NCBI GenBank assembly: GCA_937863225.1
Contig: CALMEI010000063.1
Coordinates: forward strand, 2,137-66,136
From: an uncultured Polaromonas sp.
Lineage (GTDB): Bacteria; Pseudomonadota; Gammaproteobacteria; Burkholderiales; Burkholderiaceae_C
Direction: 5' to 3'
DNA: 64,000 nt
Below the pieces are notes generated by a model. That model did not search any database and was not told the origin of the DNA. It saw nothing but the letters and a program-made list of their open reading frames with translations. The translations under genes and the position numbers were made by a program. Positions 54,274 to 62,598 of the stretch are shown here, piece by piece (position 1 is the first letter of the stretch; every line of letters begins with the position of its first letter).

Positions 54274-54702
54274 TCAAGGATTGAAAATCAGTATTCGCAA
54301 GTCATCAATTACTGAAAAGTGTTTATTGTTAGCTGTCAACAGAGTCAAAGAGTGCGTCATAGCCGTAGCTGCAATCAGGGCATCAGCCAGATGAACACTG
54401 TGCGACAAGGCGTATTTTTCAACCAAGCTACAAGCCAAGTTGCTAATGGTTTGGGTAATAGGCAAGATGTCTGGCAGAGCCTCGTCATCGCTTGATTTGA
54501 AGGCTTTTTGTATCGCTTTCAGCTCGGTTTTGTTACGACAACCCTGTGCCAACTCCATGTAAGACACTGCTGAAATTACCCAATCAGGCGTGTTTTGCAC
54601 CATGGCAAGCGCATTGGTGTTGCCGCGTGTTAGCCAAATCAACACATCTGAATCAATCAGCACACGGCTGGCAGCCGTTGCAGTTTTTGTAGCGCTGGGC
54701 AT
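54274..54702 (-). CDS. vapC: PIN-domain toxin VapC
   Basis: VLIDSDVLIW N-terminal acidic motif, ...ADALIAATA..., LLTANNKHF. It starts immediately after the antitoxin stop. Confidence 0.8.
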   Translation of the reverse strand: MPSATKTATAASRVLIDSDVLIWLTRGNTNALAMVQNTPDWVISAVSYMELAQGCRNKTELKAIQKAFKSSDDEALPDILPITQTISNLACSLVEKYALSHSVHLADALIAATAMTHSLTLLTANNKHFSVIDDLRILIFNP

Positions 54703-54969
54703 TTAAAACCGTGGTGCCCGCAACGCCCGCACATAGGCTGCAGGGTCAGCCACATCATCCCGCTCTGCCCACATACCCACTATCCCGTTTAAACGCTTTA
54801 CTTTGTCAGTAGAGTCTGTAGGTGTTTGCTGGTCTAAAAACTGGTCAACAGCTTGCCGAATCAACTCACTCTTAGTCACCGCCGACCGCCTGCAGGCCGC
54901 CGCTAGGCGCGTTTGCTGCGTTTGAGTGAGGTAGATTTGGGTACGGGCTAGGGTTTGGGTGGACTGCAT
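54703..54969 (-). CDS. vapB: ribbon-helix-helix antitoxin (VapB/CopG-like)
   Basis: 88 aa. TQIYLTQTQQTRLAAACRRSAVTKSELIRQAVDQFL has an RHH pattern and abuts the PIN gene. Confidence 0.75.
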   Translation of the reverse strand: MQSTQTLARTQIYLTQTQQTRLAAACRRSAVTKSELIRQAVDQFLDQQTPTDSTDKVKRLNGIVGMWAERDDVADPAAYVRALRAPRF

Positions 54970-55021
54970 GATGTATTAATTATACATCAAATTAAATTAT
55001 GTTTATTTTTATAAGTATCTA

Positions 55022-55049
55022 TTTACAAAAAAATAAAAGTGCTTATAAT
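55022..55049 (+). promoter_or_regulatory. sigma70-like promoter of the AT-rich two-gene module
   Basis: TTTACA (55022-55027), a 16 nt spacer, then TATAAT (55044-55049). A GGAGA RBS lies at 55068-55072. Confidence 0.5.
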
Positions 55050-55078
55050 TTAGCTATGATTGGCACTTGGAGATAAAA

Positions 55079-55375
55079 ATGATTACAACCACTGAAGCAT
55101 TAATTTTAGGACTACTTGCTCAAACACCGCTTGGTGCATTTCCTTCTGAATTGATAAATCGTTCAAATGGTAAATTAAAACGTGGTTCTGCTTATGCACT
55201 TTTAGCGCGTATGGAAGATGCCAAGTTGGTTAGTTCAGAATCTGTACAACCGACGGAACTTTTAGCATTAGCACGAACAAAATATAAGATTACAGCGGCT
55301 GGGCAGAATGCGCGAATCGAGTTAGCAAATTATTGCAATCTACCCATTTCATATGATTTTAATTTTGGAGTATGA
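55079..55375 (+). CDS. PadR-like winged-helix transcriptional regulator
   Basis: ATG at 55079 inside ORF 55067..55375. ALILGLLAQ...GSAYALLARMEDAKLVSS...KYKITAAG follows the PadR pattern. Very AT-rich. Confidence 0.6.
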   Translation: MITTTEALILGLLAQTPLGAFPSELINRSNGKLKRGSAYALLARMEDAKLVSSESVQPTELLALARTKYKITAAGQNARIELANYCNLPISYDFNFGV

Positions 55376-55378
55376 ATT

Positions 55379-55831
55379 ATGAAGAAGCCAAACAAAAATT
55401 ATGAAATTGAAGAAACTCCAGACATTGATAAATATTTATATGAATTAAAAGATGCATTCAAATATGAAGATAAATGGAAGGTTGATCTTCAACTGCATAC
55501 AGATTCTCAAAAAATGAAATTTTACTTTCGATTTTTTCGAGCTCAAAATCAAGATTTATATATTCCTAAATTCAAAGTCAATAGAAAAGCTCCTAAGCTT
55601 CAAAAATTAAGCCTGTTTGCTGATAACCTACCTATTTCATGGGGTAAAGTACTTAAAACGGCAGCTGCAGAATACGAGGAGCGTATCAATGAACTATGGG
55701 GAGCAGGTAAATATCGATCTGCGAAATGGAATCAAAAATTAGCTTGGATTTGTGCTTTTAGTAATTTAGGATACTACCTTTGGCTTAAAGTCTGGAAGCC
55801 TGTAAGCACTGTATTTCGTAGATTATTATAA
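55379..55831 (+). CDS. hypothetical protein with a C-terminal hydrophobic helix, unknown function
   Basis: 150 aa, Lys/Tyr/Phe-rich and very AT-rich. LAWICAFSNLGYYLWLKVW is a putative TM helix. The start is 4 nt after the PadR-like stop. Confidence 0.55.
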   Translation: MKKPNKNYEIEETPDIDKYLYELKDAFKYEDKWKVDLQLHTDSQKMKFYFRFFRAQNQDLYIPKFKVNRKAPKLQKLSLFADNLPISWGKVLKTAAAEYEERINELWGAGKYRSAKWNQKLAWICAFSNLGYYLWLKVWKPVSTVFRRLL

Positions 55832-55845
55832 ATTTGGCATTTCAA

Positions 55846-55875
55846 GCAAAAAGCCCTCATTCGAGGGCTTTTTGC
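55846..55875. terminator. bidirectional terminator (perfect 13 bp stem)
   Basis: GCAAAAAGCCCTC-attc-GAGGGCTTTTTGC. Confidence 0.85.
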
Positions 55876-55896
55876 TGTGATTGACTCATTACACAA

Positions 55897-56198
55897 TCAA
55901 ACGTCAATATTCCCCGCCCGCAACGCATTCGTCTCAATAAAATCCCTGCGTGGCTCAACCTCATCCCCCATAAGCATGGTGAAAACGCGGTCGGCTTCGA
56001 TGGCGTCGTCGATTTGGACGCGTTGAAGGCGGTGTACGGTGGGGTCCATGGTGACTTACCACTGTTGGGCGGGGTTTTCTCGCCCAAGCCTTTGTAGCGC
56101 TGGCGACTGGTGTTGCGTTCGGCTTCGGCGATGAGCTACTTCAGGGCGACGTGCTCTTCTTTTCGATGCTCGCCTTCGCCGCGCATGACTTTGGCACT
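55897..56198 (-). pseudogene. gyrB: decayed 3' fragment of DNA gyrase subunit B
   Basis: The minus strand reads ...MRGEGEHRKEEHVALK*LIAEAERNTSRQRYKGLGE, then a frameshift, then [50 protein letters not shown]. This is a typical GyrB C-terminus, and only about 100 codons are present. Confidence 0.8.
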
Positions 56199-56272
56199 AA
56201 CGCCACCAACTCGACGCTGCGCACCAGTGGCTGCGCGACAAACTGGCGGCAATTGCGGCTTTGTTGACTTGA
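56199..56272 (+). repeat. duplicated 3' end of the LysR gene (direct repeat of 54075..54148)
   Basis: 65 of 74 positions are identical by my alignment. It keeps the same frame and stop: RHQLDAAHQWLRDKLAAIAALLT* versus RHHLDAAHQWLRGQLAGIKALLI*. Confidence 0.85.
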
Positions 56273-56340
56273 CGCAAATTGATGCGGGCGGGATGCCCTT
56301 AAGCTGTGCGCTGCATAAAATGGCAGCTGGTTAGCTGGGT

Positions 56341-56886
56341 ATGGCAAATTTTAAGAAGGATTTTGATATGGCAACGCTTGAATGGTCAGACGAATTGGCG
56401 CTGGACTTTCCGTTGATGGACGACACGCACCATGAGTTTGTGCAGTTGTTGGCCGAGGTGCACAACGCCAGTGACGACACTTTGCTGATGCATTGGGCCA
56501 ACTTGATTGACCACACCGACGACCACTTTGGTCGTGAAGACGAATGGATGCTGCAAACCGCTTTTGCTTCTGGCAATTGCCACACCACGCAGCACAAAAT
56601 TGTGCTGCAAGTGCTGCGCGAAGGTTTGCAACACGGTCAAAATGGCGACTTGAAAATGATACGTGCCATGGCGGACGAGCTGGCCAATTGGTTTCCGCAA
56701 CACGCGCAAGCCATGGACGCTTCTTTGGCGCTGCACATGCGCCGCGTGGACTTTGACCCTGTGACTGGCAAAATCAACAAACCTGAAGCGTTGCCCAAAG
56801 AGGCCATTCACGGTTGCGGTGGCGACAGTTGCGCTGACAGCGAATCCGGCCTAGCTGCACAGAGCGATGCCAGCGCTTTGGCATGA
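56341..56886 (+). CDS. hemerythrin-like metal-binding protein with a Cys-containing C-terminal tail
   Basis: WSDELALDFPLMDDTHHEF...HTDDHFGREDEWM...HKIVL hemerythrin His/Asp/Glu pattern. An alternative ATG lies at 56368. Confidence 0.8.
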   Translation: MANFKKDFDMATLEWSDELALDFPLMDDTHHEFVQLLAEVHNASDDTLLMHWANLIDHTDDHFGREDEWMLQTAFASGNCHTTQHKIVLQVLREGLQHGQNGDLKMIRAMADELANWFPQHAQAMDASLALHMRRVDFDPVTGKINKPEALPKEAIHGCGGDSCADSESGLAAQSDASALA

Positions 56887-57530
56887 ATGATGTGACCAGC
56901 CGCAACGACGACACCCACAACAGCACCCCTTCAACCATTGCCCCCCATCGCCCGTACGAAGATGTGCAGGCCCTGGTGACGGGCACTTTGTTTGTGGCGC
57001 TGGGCGTGGTGCTGTTTGGGCAGGCGGGTTTGCTCACCGGTGGCACGGCCGGTTTGGCATTTTTGATTCGCTATGCCACAGGCCTTGATTTTGGCATTGC
57101 CTTTTTTTTGGTGAACTTGCCTTTTTACGTCTTCGCTTGGCGGCGCATGGGGGCAACTTTTGCGCTGAAAACGTTTGCGGCGGTCAGCCTGTTGTCGCTG
57201 TTTGCTTTCTTCTTGCCCTTTGGCATCAAGCTCAGTTATCTGTCCTCTGTTTTGGCTGCGGTGTTGGGTGGCTTGTTGTGTGGCGCCGGCATGTTGATGC
57301 TGTTTCGGCACAAGGCCAGTTTGGGTGGCTTGAACGTGGTGGTGCTGTATTTGCAAGACAAATACGGTTGGCGTGCAGGCACGGTGCAAATGGTTTTTGA
57401 CTGCCTGATTGTGCTGGGGGCGCTGCTCATTGCAGACTGGCAACGCGTGGCGCTGTCGGTGATGGGCGCCGTGGTGATGAACCTGACGTTGACCATCAAC
57501 CACCGCGCCGGGCGCTACATGGCGGTTTGA
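56883..57530 (+). CDS. YitT-family-like integral membrane protein
   Basis: 5-6 hydrophobic segments and a GGTAGLAFLI motif. The start overlaps the hemerythrin stop (ATGA). Confidence 0.5.
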   Translation: MNDVTSRNDDTHNSTPSTIAPHRPYEDVQALVTGTLFVALGVVLFGQAGLLTGGTAGLAFLIRYATGLDFGIAFFLVNLPFYVFAWRRMGATFALKTFAAVSLLSLFAFFLPFGIKLSYLSSVLAAVLGGLLCGAGMLMLFRHKASLGGLNVVVLYLQDKYGWRAGTVQMVFDCLIVLGALLIADWQRVALSVMGAVVMNLTLTINHRAGRYMAV

Positions 57531-57544
57531 CCAAAGTTAATGGT

Positions 57545-57600
57545 GTTTTTGGCCTCTAGGCGGCATGTTTGCTGCCTAGAGTGCTATTTAATTTATAGCG
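57545..57600. repeat. dispersed 65-70 bp repeat family, intergenic copy
   Basis: GGCCTCTAGGCGGCATGTTTGCTGCCTAGAGTGCTATTTAATTTATAGCG. It holds a perfect dyad, CTCTAGGC (57554-57561) with GCCTAGAG (57574-57581), and lies between convergent stops. Confidence 0.85.
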
Positions 57601-57603
57601 TTA

Positions 57604-58797
57604 TCACAGTAACACGCCACCTGGCTTCTCACCGCGTTCGTACACCACATGGGCGCGACCGACGATTAAATTGTCCAGCGTGCCGATATTGATCAAGTCC
57701 TTGTTGGTATAGGGCAGCTTGTGCAACACGTAGCGCATGGCGTTCAAGCGGGCGCGTTTTTTACAGTCGGATTTGATGACCGTCCACGGCGCATCGGCAG
57801 TGTCGGTTTCAAAAAACATGGCTTCTTTGGCCTTGGTGTAGTCGTCCCATTTGTCCAGCGATGCAACGTCAATGGGGCTGAGTTTCCACTGCTTGAGTGG
57901 GTGCAGCTCGCGCTCTTTGAACCGGCGACGCTGCTCTTTGCGGCTGACTGAAAACCAAAATTTAATCAGGTGAATGCCGCTGGCAACCAGTTGCCGCTCA
58001 AACATCGGCGCTTGGTGTGTGAACTCTTGGTATTCTTTTTCGGTGCAAAAGCCCATGACCCGCTCGACACCGGCACGGTTGTACCACGAGCGGTCAAACA
58101 TGACGATTTCGCCCGCGGTTGGCAAGTGCTCGACATAGCGCTGGAAATACCATTGGCCGCGTTCGGTTTCAGATGGTTTTTCTAAGGCCACCAAGCGTGC
58201 GCCGCGTGGGTTTAAATGTTCCATGAAGCGCTTGATGGTGCCCCCTTTGCCGGCCGCATCGCGCCCTTCAAACAAGATGACCACGCGTTGTTTGGTTTCT
58301 TTGACCCAGCTTTGCAGCTTCAGCAACTCAACTTGCAGTGCGTATTTTTGGGCTTCGTAGCGCTTGCGCGTCATCAGGTTTTTGTAGGGGTAGCCGCCGC
58401 TGCGCCAGTCGCTGGACAGTTCTTCGTCGGGGTTGATTTTGTCGCCTTTGCCTTTTTTGCCAATTAACATTTGGCGCACGGCGGCAATGTCGTCGGGCGA
58501 GCTGCCTTTTAAAAACGTTTCCAAAGTGGCGGCTTTGTCTTTGCTTTTGGCCACAATGTCTTTCAGCGCATTGAGCTGCGCACCCTGCGCGGCATCTTGC
58601 CGTTTGTTGATTTGATTCAGCCCCACGCCCTGACTGGTTTTGGCACCACTGACATCGCCCTGCTGAACCGTGCGCGTTGCTTGGGGCTGGCGCTTGGCCG
58701 CTGCTTTGCGCGCTGGCGGGGTGCGGGTTGCGGGTTTGGCTGTGCTTGTTTTGGTTGCGGTTTTGGTAGCGGTATTGCTTGTCTTTTGAACTGCCAT
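57604..58797 (-). CDS. ppk2: polyphosphate kinase 2 with a long basic N-terminal extension
   Basis: VVILFEGRDAAGKGGTIKRF Walker A and PPK2 sequence. ATG at 58797 inside ORF 57604..58854. Confidence 0.85.
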   Translation of the reverse strand: MAVQKTSNTATKTATKTSTAKPATRTPPARKAAAKRQPQATRTVQQGDVSGAKTSQGVGLNQINKRQDAAQGAQLNALKDIVAKSKDKAATLETFLKGSSPDDIAAVRQMLIGKKGKGDKINPDEELSSDWRSGGYPYKNLMTRKRYEAQKYALQVELLKLQSWVKETKQRVVILFEGRDAAGKGGTIKRFMEHLNPRGARLVALEKPSETERGQWYFQRYVEHLPTAGEIVMFDRSWYNRAGVERVMGFCTEKEYQEFTHQAPMFERQLVASGIHLIKFWFSVSRKEQRRRFKERELHPLKQWKLSPIDVASLDKWDDYTKAKEAMFFETDTADAPWTVIKSDCKKRARLNAMRYVLHKLPYTNKDLINIGTLDNLIVGRAHVVYERGEKPGGVLL

Positions 58798-58966
58798 AGA
58801 CGTCTTTCTTAGAAAAAACAAAGAAACCACTATACGCTTATTTTTTTGCGCCATGTTTGACGTTTGTCAATTGGCGCGAGCAAATAATTGGGCGTCAATC
58901 GGCGTCGCTTGGGGTGTTATATTCACCTTCAGGTCGAAAGAATCTATCAACCAATTGGAAACCAAG

Positions 58967-59536
58967 ATGCAACGACGTCGCTTGATCACAGGGGTATTTG
59001 GGCTTGGCCATGCTGCCCTGATGCTGGGCCTTTTGGGCTGCAGCGGTGTCAAAGCGCAACCGCGATTCAGCGTCACACTGGAACAGGTGCAGCAGGTTTT
59101 GGCGCCCCGTTTTCCGCGCCGTTACCCGATTGCTGGCTTGCTGGATTTGGCGGTGCAAGCGCCTGTTTTACAGCTGCTGCCCGCTGACAACCGTTTGCGT
59201 GCCACGATGTTGGTGGATGCAGCGGGCTCTGCTTTGCAACGCAAACAATCGGGGACGTTTGAGATGGATTTTGCATTGCGCTACGAACCGTCTGACCGCT
59301 CCATACGCGCCACCAAGCTGCGCTTCAGACGGTTGTATTTTCCGGGTTTGCTGCCAGCTGTGTCTGATTTGTTGAACCGATATGGCCAACCATTGAGCGA
59401 CCAGTTGCTGAAAGAAGTGGTGCTGCACCAACTGCGCCCACAGGACACTGCCATGATGGACAATTTTGGCATGCAGCCCGACAGCATCACCGTCACCGAA
59501 ACAGGCTTGGTGTTTGGCTTTGCCGCCAAACAATAA
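58967..59536 (+). CDS. DUF1439-like lipoprotein
   Basis: ATG at 58967 inside ORF 58853..59536. Tat/Sec-like MQRRRLITGVFGLGHAALMLGLLGCSG with a lipobox. Confidence 0.55.
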   Translation: MQRRRLITGVFGLGHAALMLGLLGCSGVKAQPRFSVTLEQVQQVLAPRFPRRYPIAGLLDLAVQAPVLQLLPADNRLRATMLVDAAGSALQRKQSGTFEMDFALRYEPSDRSIRATKLRFRRLYFPGLLPAVSDLLNRYGQPLSDQLLKEVVLHQLRPQDTAMMDNFGMQPDSITVTETGLVFGFAAKQ

Positions 59537-59542
59537 AATAAA

Positions 59543-60316
59543 TCAACTGACGAAGGCGCGCTCAATCACGTAATCCCCTGCTTGGCCAATGCCTTCGGAG
59601 ATTTTGAAGCCCAAACCATCGAGTGTGGTGCGCAGGTCTTTGAGCATGGCGGGGCTGCCGCAAATCATGGCGCGGTCGGTGGTGGGGTTGAATGCTGGCA
59701 AGCCCAAATCGGCGCACATTTTGCCGTTCAAAATCATGTCGGGAATGCGGCCCATGGTTTTGTAGGTTTCACGCGTGACCAAGGGGTAATACAGCAGTTT
59801 CTTCGTCACGTCCTCGCCTAAAAACTCATCTTGTGGCAGCTCTTTGGTGATGTAGTCGTCGTACGCCAATTCGCTGATGTAGCGCACACCGTGCACCACC
59901 ACCACTTTTTCAAAGCGCTCGTAAGTGGCAGGGTCGCGGATGATGCTCATGAAAGGCGCCAAGCCAGTGCCCGTGGAGAACAAAAACAGATTTTTGCCCG
60001 GCAGCAAATCGGTGATCACCAAAGTGCCGGTTGGTTTGCGACCGACCAACACCTCATCGCCCACCTTCAAGTGCTGCAAACGTGATGTCAACGGGCCGTC
60101 TTGCACCTTGATGCTGAAAAACTCCAAATGCTCGGCATAGCTGGCGCTGGCAATGCTGTAGGCGCGCAACAGTGGTTTGTTGTTGACCATCAAGCCCACC
60201 ATGACGAAATGGCCACTTTCAAAGCGCAAGCTGGGGCCGCGCGTGGTGGTGAACGAAAACAAGGTATCGTTCCAGTGGTGAACAGTCAATACTTTTTCAG
60301 CTTCAAAGGCGGCCAT
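59543..60316 (-). CDS. fpr: ferredoxin--NADP(+) reductase
   Basis: RAYSIAS FAD-binding motif, and LFSTGTGLAPF and MICGSPAM NADP-binding motifs. Confidence 0.9.
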   Translation of the reverse strand: MAAFEAEKVLTVHHWNDTLFSFTTTRGPSLRFESGHFVMVGLMVNNKPLLRAYSIASASYAEHLEFFSIKVQDGPLTSRLQHLKVGDEVLVGRKPTGTLVITDLLPGKNLFLFSTGTGLAPFMSIIRDPATYERFEKVVVVHGVRYISELAYDDYITKELPQDEFLGEDVTKKLLYYPLVTRETYKTMGRIPDMILNGKMCADLGLPAFNPTTDRAMICGSPAMLKDLRTTLDGLGFKISEGIGQAGDYVIERAFVS

Positions 60317-60481
60317 GGTGGGGATTTTCTTAACGGGTTGACGAGGCGTGCTCAGCCATCAAACCTGCTGAGCAAATGCTGCATTTTACCTGTCACACAC
60401 AGCCCAGACTTTGCGATGCATCAATACTCCCCCAAGTAAGTGCGAATTTCAGCTCGCAGCAAGGGCGCTACACTTGGCGGT

Positions 60482-61405
60482 ATGACCGCTACGACCCCAA
60501 ACACCAAGCCGCCATTGCCCACTACCGCGACAGCAGCTGCCCCCGCAGGACCCGTTTTTAGGCGCGCCGCACCGCCAGCAATTGCCCAAGCAGCCACGGC
60601 TAAAGGTGCCGCCCCGGCCAAAGCCACCATTCGTTTAAACAAACGCATGGCAGAGCTGGGCCTGTGTTCGCGCCGCGAAGCGGACGACTGGGTGGCCAAT
60701 GGCTGGGTGAAGGTCAATGGCGTGGTGGCAACCATGGGGCAACAGGTTTTGCCCACCGACAAAATTGAGACCGACCGCATTGCCAAAGGGCAGCAAGCCA
60801 ACCAAGTCACCATTCTCATCAACAAGCCCATCGGCTATGTCAGCGCACAGGCCGAGGACGGGCATCAGCCCGCCGTGACCTTGTTCACGCCCCAAAACCG
60901 CTGGGCCGATGACAATGCGCGTTTTTTTTGGAACCACTCGCAACTGCCTGGACTGGCACCTTGTGGCCGCTTAGATATTGATTCCGTTGGCCTGTTGGTG
61001 ATGACGCAAGACGGCCGCATCGCACGGCAATTGATTGGTGAAGACTCCAACATGGAGAAGGAATATTTGGTGCGGGTGGCGTATTACGGTAGCGCCGAGA
61101 TCAGCAAACACAGCACCCCCATTGCACAGAACGTGCAAAGCGTGTTTCCGCCTGAATTGCTGGCCAAATTGCGTTTTGGTTTGAGCTTGGATGGACAGCC
61201 CTTGCGCCGTGCCCGGGTGGATTGGCAAAACCCTGAACAATTGCGTTTCATTTTGACCGAAGGCAAAAAACGCCAAATCCGCCGCATGTGTGAGCAGGTG
61301 GGCTTGAAAGTGGTGGGCTTGAAGCGGGTGCGCATTGGCAACATCGTGCTGGGCAATTTACCGTTAGGCCAATGGCGTTATTTGACGCCACATGAAAAAT
61401 TTTGA
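60482..61405 (+). CDS. rRNA pseudouridine synthase (RsuA/RluF family) with a low-complexity N-terminus
   Basis: S4 domain (RLNKRMAELGLCSRREADDWV) and catalytic GRLDIDSVGLLVMTQDG. ATG at 60482, or the earlier track start at 60440. Confidence 0.85.
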   Translation: MTATTPNTKPPLPTTATAAAPAGPVFRRAAPPAIAQAATAKGAAPAKATIRLNKRMAELGLCSRREADDWVANGWVKVNGVVATMGQQVLPTDKIETDRIAKGQQANQVTILINKPIGYVSAQAEDGHQPAVTLFTPQNRWADDNARFFWNHSQLPGLAPCGRLDIDSVGLLVMTQDGRIARQLIGEDSNMEKEYLVRVAYYGSAEISKHSTPIAQNVQSVFPPELLAKLRFGLSLDGQPLRRARVDWQNPEQLRFILTEGKKRQIRRMCEQVGLKVVGLKRVRIGNIVLGNLPLGQWRYLTPHEKF

Positions 61406-61485
61406 TATTTTCTTGACATAGGTCATACCACGTCTGACGCTGTGGCACATACTACCCCTTGTATACCACTTTACAAGGAATCGAT

Positions 61486-62211
61486 ATGAAACACGTTTTT
61501 AATTTACGTTTGAGTGCCCTTGCGCTTGTTGCTGGCAGCCTGTTGACGGTCCAAGCGCACGCTGCAGATGCGCTCACCGATGCGATGCAAGCCGCCTATG
61601 CGCCGTACCGCGTGGCATTGTTCAAAACCAATGGCGAATCGCAAGAAGAGTCACAGCAAGCCATTAAACAAGCGCAAACGGCTTGGGCCAAACTGAGTGA
61701 GCAATTTGCCACCAAACCACCCGCACCGTATGACCGCGATACGGCGTTGGCCGCGTCATTGACCGACGTGAGCAAAGTCTACGCCAAAGCCAGCGACCAA
61801 GTGAACGCCAAACAACTGACGGCGGCCCATGAAACACTGGAAGCAGCACGCGACATCATGGCCGCCGTTCGCCACCGCAACAATGTGGTTGTGTTCAGCG
61901 ACCACATGAACGCCTACCACAGCGAGATGGAAACCTTGTTGATTGAAGGCCCCAAAATTCTGACCAAAGCCCACGGCATTCATTTGCTGTCTGCACAGGC
62001 GGGCGTGTTGGCCTATTTGAGCAAACGGCTCACCAGCGAAGCGCCAGCGCAGTTGAATGGCAATGCTGAATTCAGAAAGCTGGTCATCGCGGTTGACCTA
62101 TCCATTGCTGCTTTGCAAGCCGCTTTATTGGCTGACAACATCGATGCGGTTAAAGATGCCATGAGCAAGGTTAAAAAACCATACAGCCAATTGTTTTTGA
62201 AATTTGGTTAA
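61486..62211 (+). CDS. secreted helical protein, unknown function
   Basis: ATG at 61486 inside ORF 61459..62211. Signal peptide ending in VQAHA. Confidence 0.55.
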   Translation: MKHVFNLRLSALALVAGSLLTVQAHAADALTDAMQAAYAPYRVALFKTNGESQEESQQAIKQAQTAWAKLSEQFATKPPAPYDRDTALAASLTDVSKVYAKASDQVNAKQLTAAHETLEAARDIMAAVRHRNNVVVFSDHMNAYHSEMETLLIEGPKILTKAHGIHLLSAQAGVLAYLSKRLTSEAPAQLNGNAEFRKLVIAVDLSIAALQAALLADNIDAVKDAMSKVKKPYSQLFLKFG

Positions 62212-62237
62212 TTCAATTAACAACCGTATTACCCATC

Positions 62238-62594
62238 ATGAGCACGTTCAATCACACCGAACTTATCAAAAACATCAGCGAAAACTTGGTGCCCTTGCGC
62301 AAATCACAACCCGAGGCGATGCAGGCGTTTGGCGCTTTGTCAAAAGCGGCACTGGCCGAAGGCAGTGTCAGCGCCAAACACAAAGAGCTGATAGCTTTGG
62401 CGATTGGCATCACGCAGCATTGCTCTGGCTGCATTGGCTTTCACATTAAAGCCTTGCACAAACTGGGGTGTACGCGCGTTGAACTGGATGAAATGCTGGC
62501 CGTGTGCGTTTACATGGGTGGCGGGCCGGCACTGATGTACACGGCCGAAGCCATCAAAGCCTGGGATGCAATGGGTCCTGGCTCGGCTGGCTAA
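62238..62594 (+). CDS. AhpD-like / carboxymuconolactone decarboxylase-family protein
   Basis: CxxC motif in ITQHCSGCIGFH; 118 aa. Confidence 0.8.
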   Translation: MSTFNHTELIKNISENLVPLRKSQPEAMQAFGALSKAALAEGSVSAKHKELIALAIGITQHCSGCIGFHIKALHKLGCTRVELDEMLAVCVYMGGGPALMYTAEAIKAWDAMGPGSAG

Positions 62595-62598
62595 ACAC

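Noticed and set aside
54968-54986. The palindrome GATGTATtaattATACATC as a dif/XerCD site.
   Set aside because: It does not resemble the proteobacterial dif consensus (..GCGCATAATGTATATTATGTTAAAT). Its position over the vapB start fits an operator better.
55857-56347. Track ORFs 55857..56087 (-), 56110..56334 (+) and 56141..56347 (-).
   Set aside because: They are reading-frame artefacts across the decayed gyrB fragment and the duplicated LysR 3' end. They are not independent genes.
16589-57600. The dispersed repeat as a CRISPR array or as integron attC sites.
   Set aside because: Copies are kilobases apart with irregular spacing and mixed orientation. There are no cas or intI genes. There is no attC-like RYYYAAC/GTTRRRY core that I could see.
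60421-60831. A 136 aa minus-strand ORF opposite the pseudouridine synthase N-terminus.
   Set aside because: It is antisense to an Ala/Pro-rich low-complexity coding region. It has no motifs and is a typical shadow ORF.
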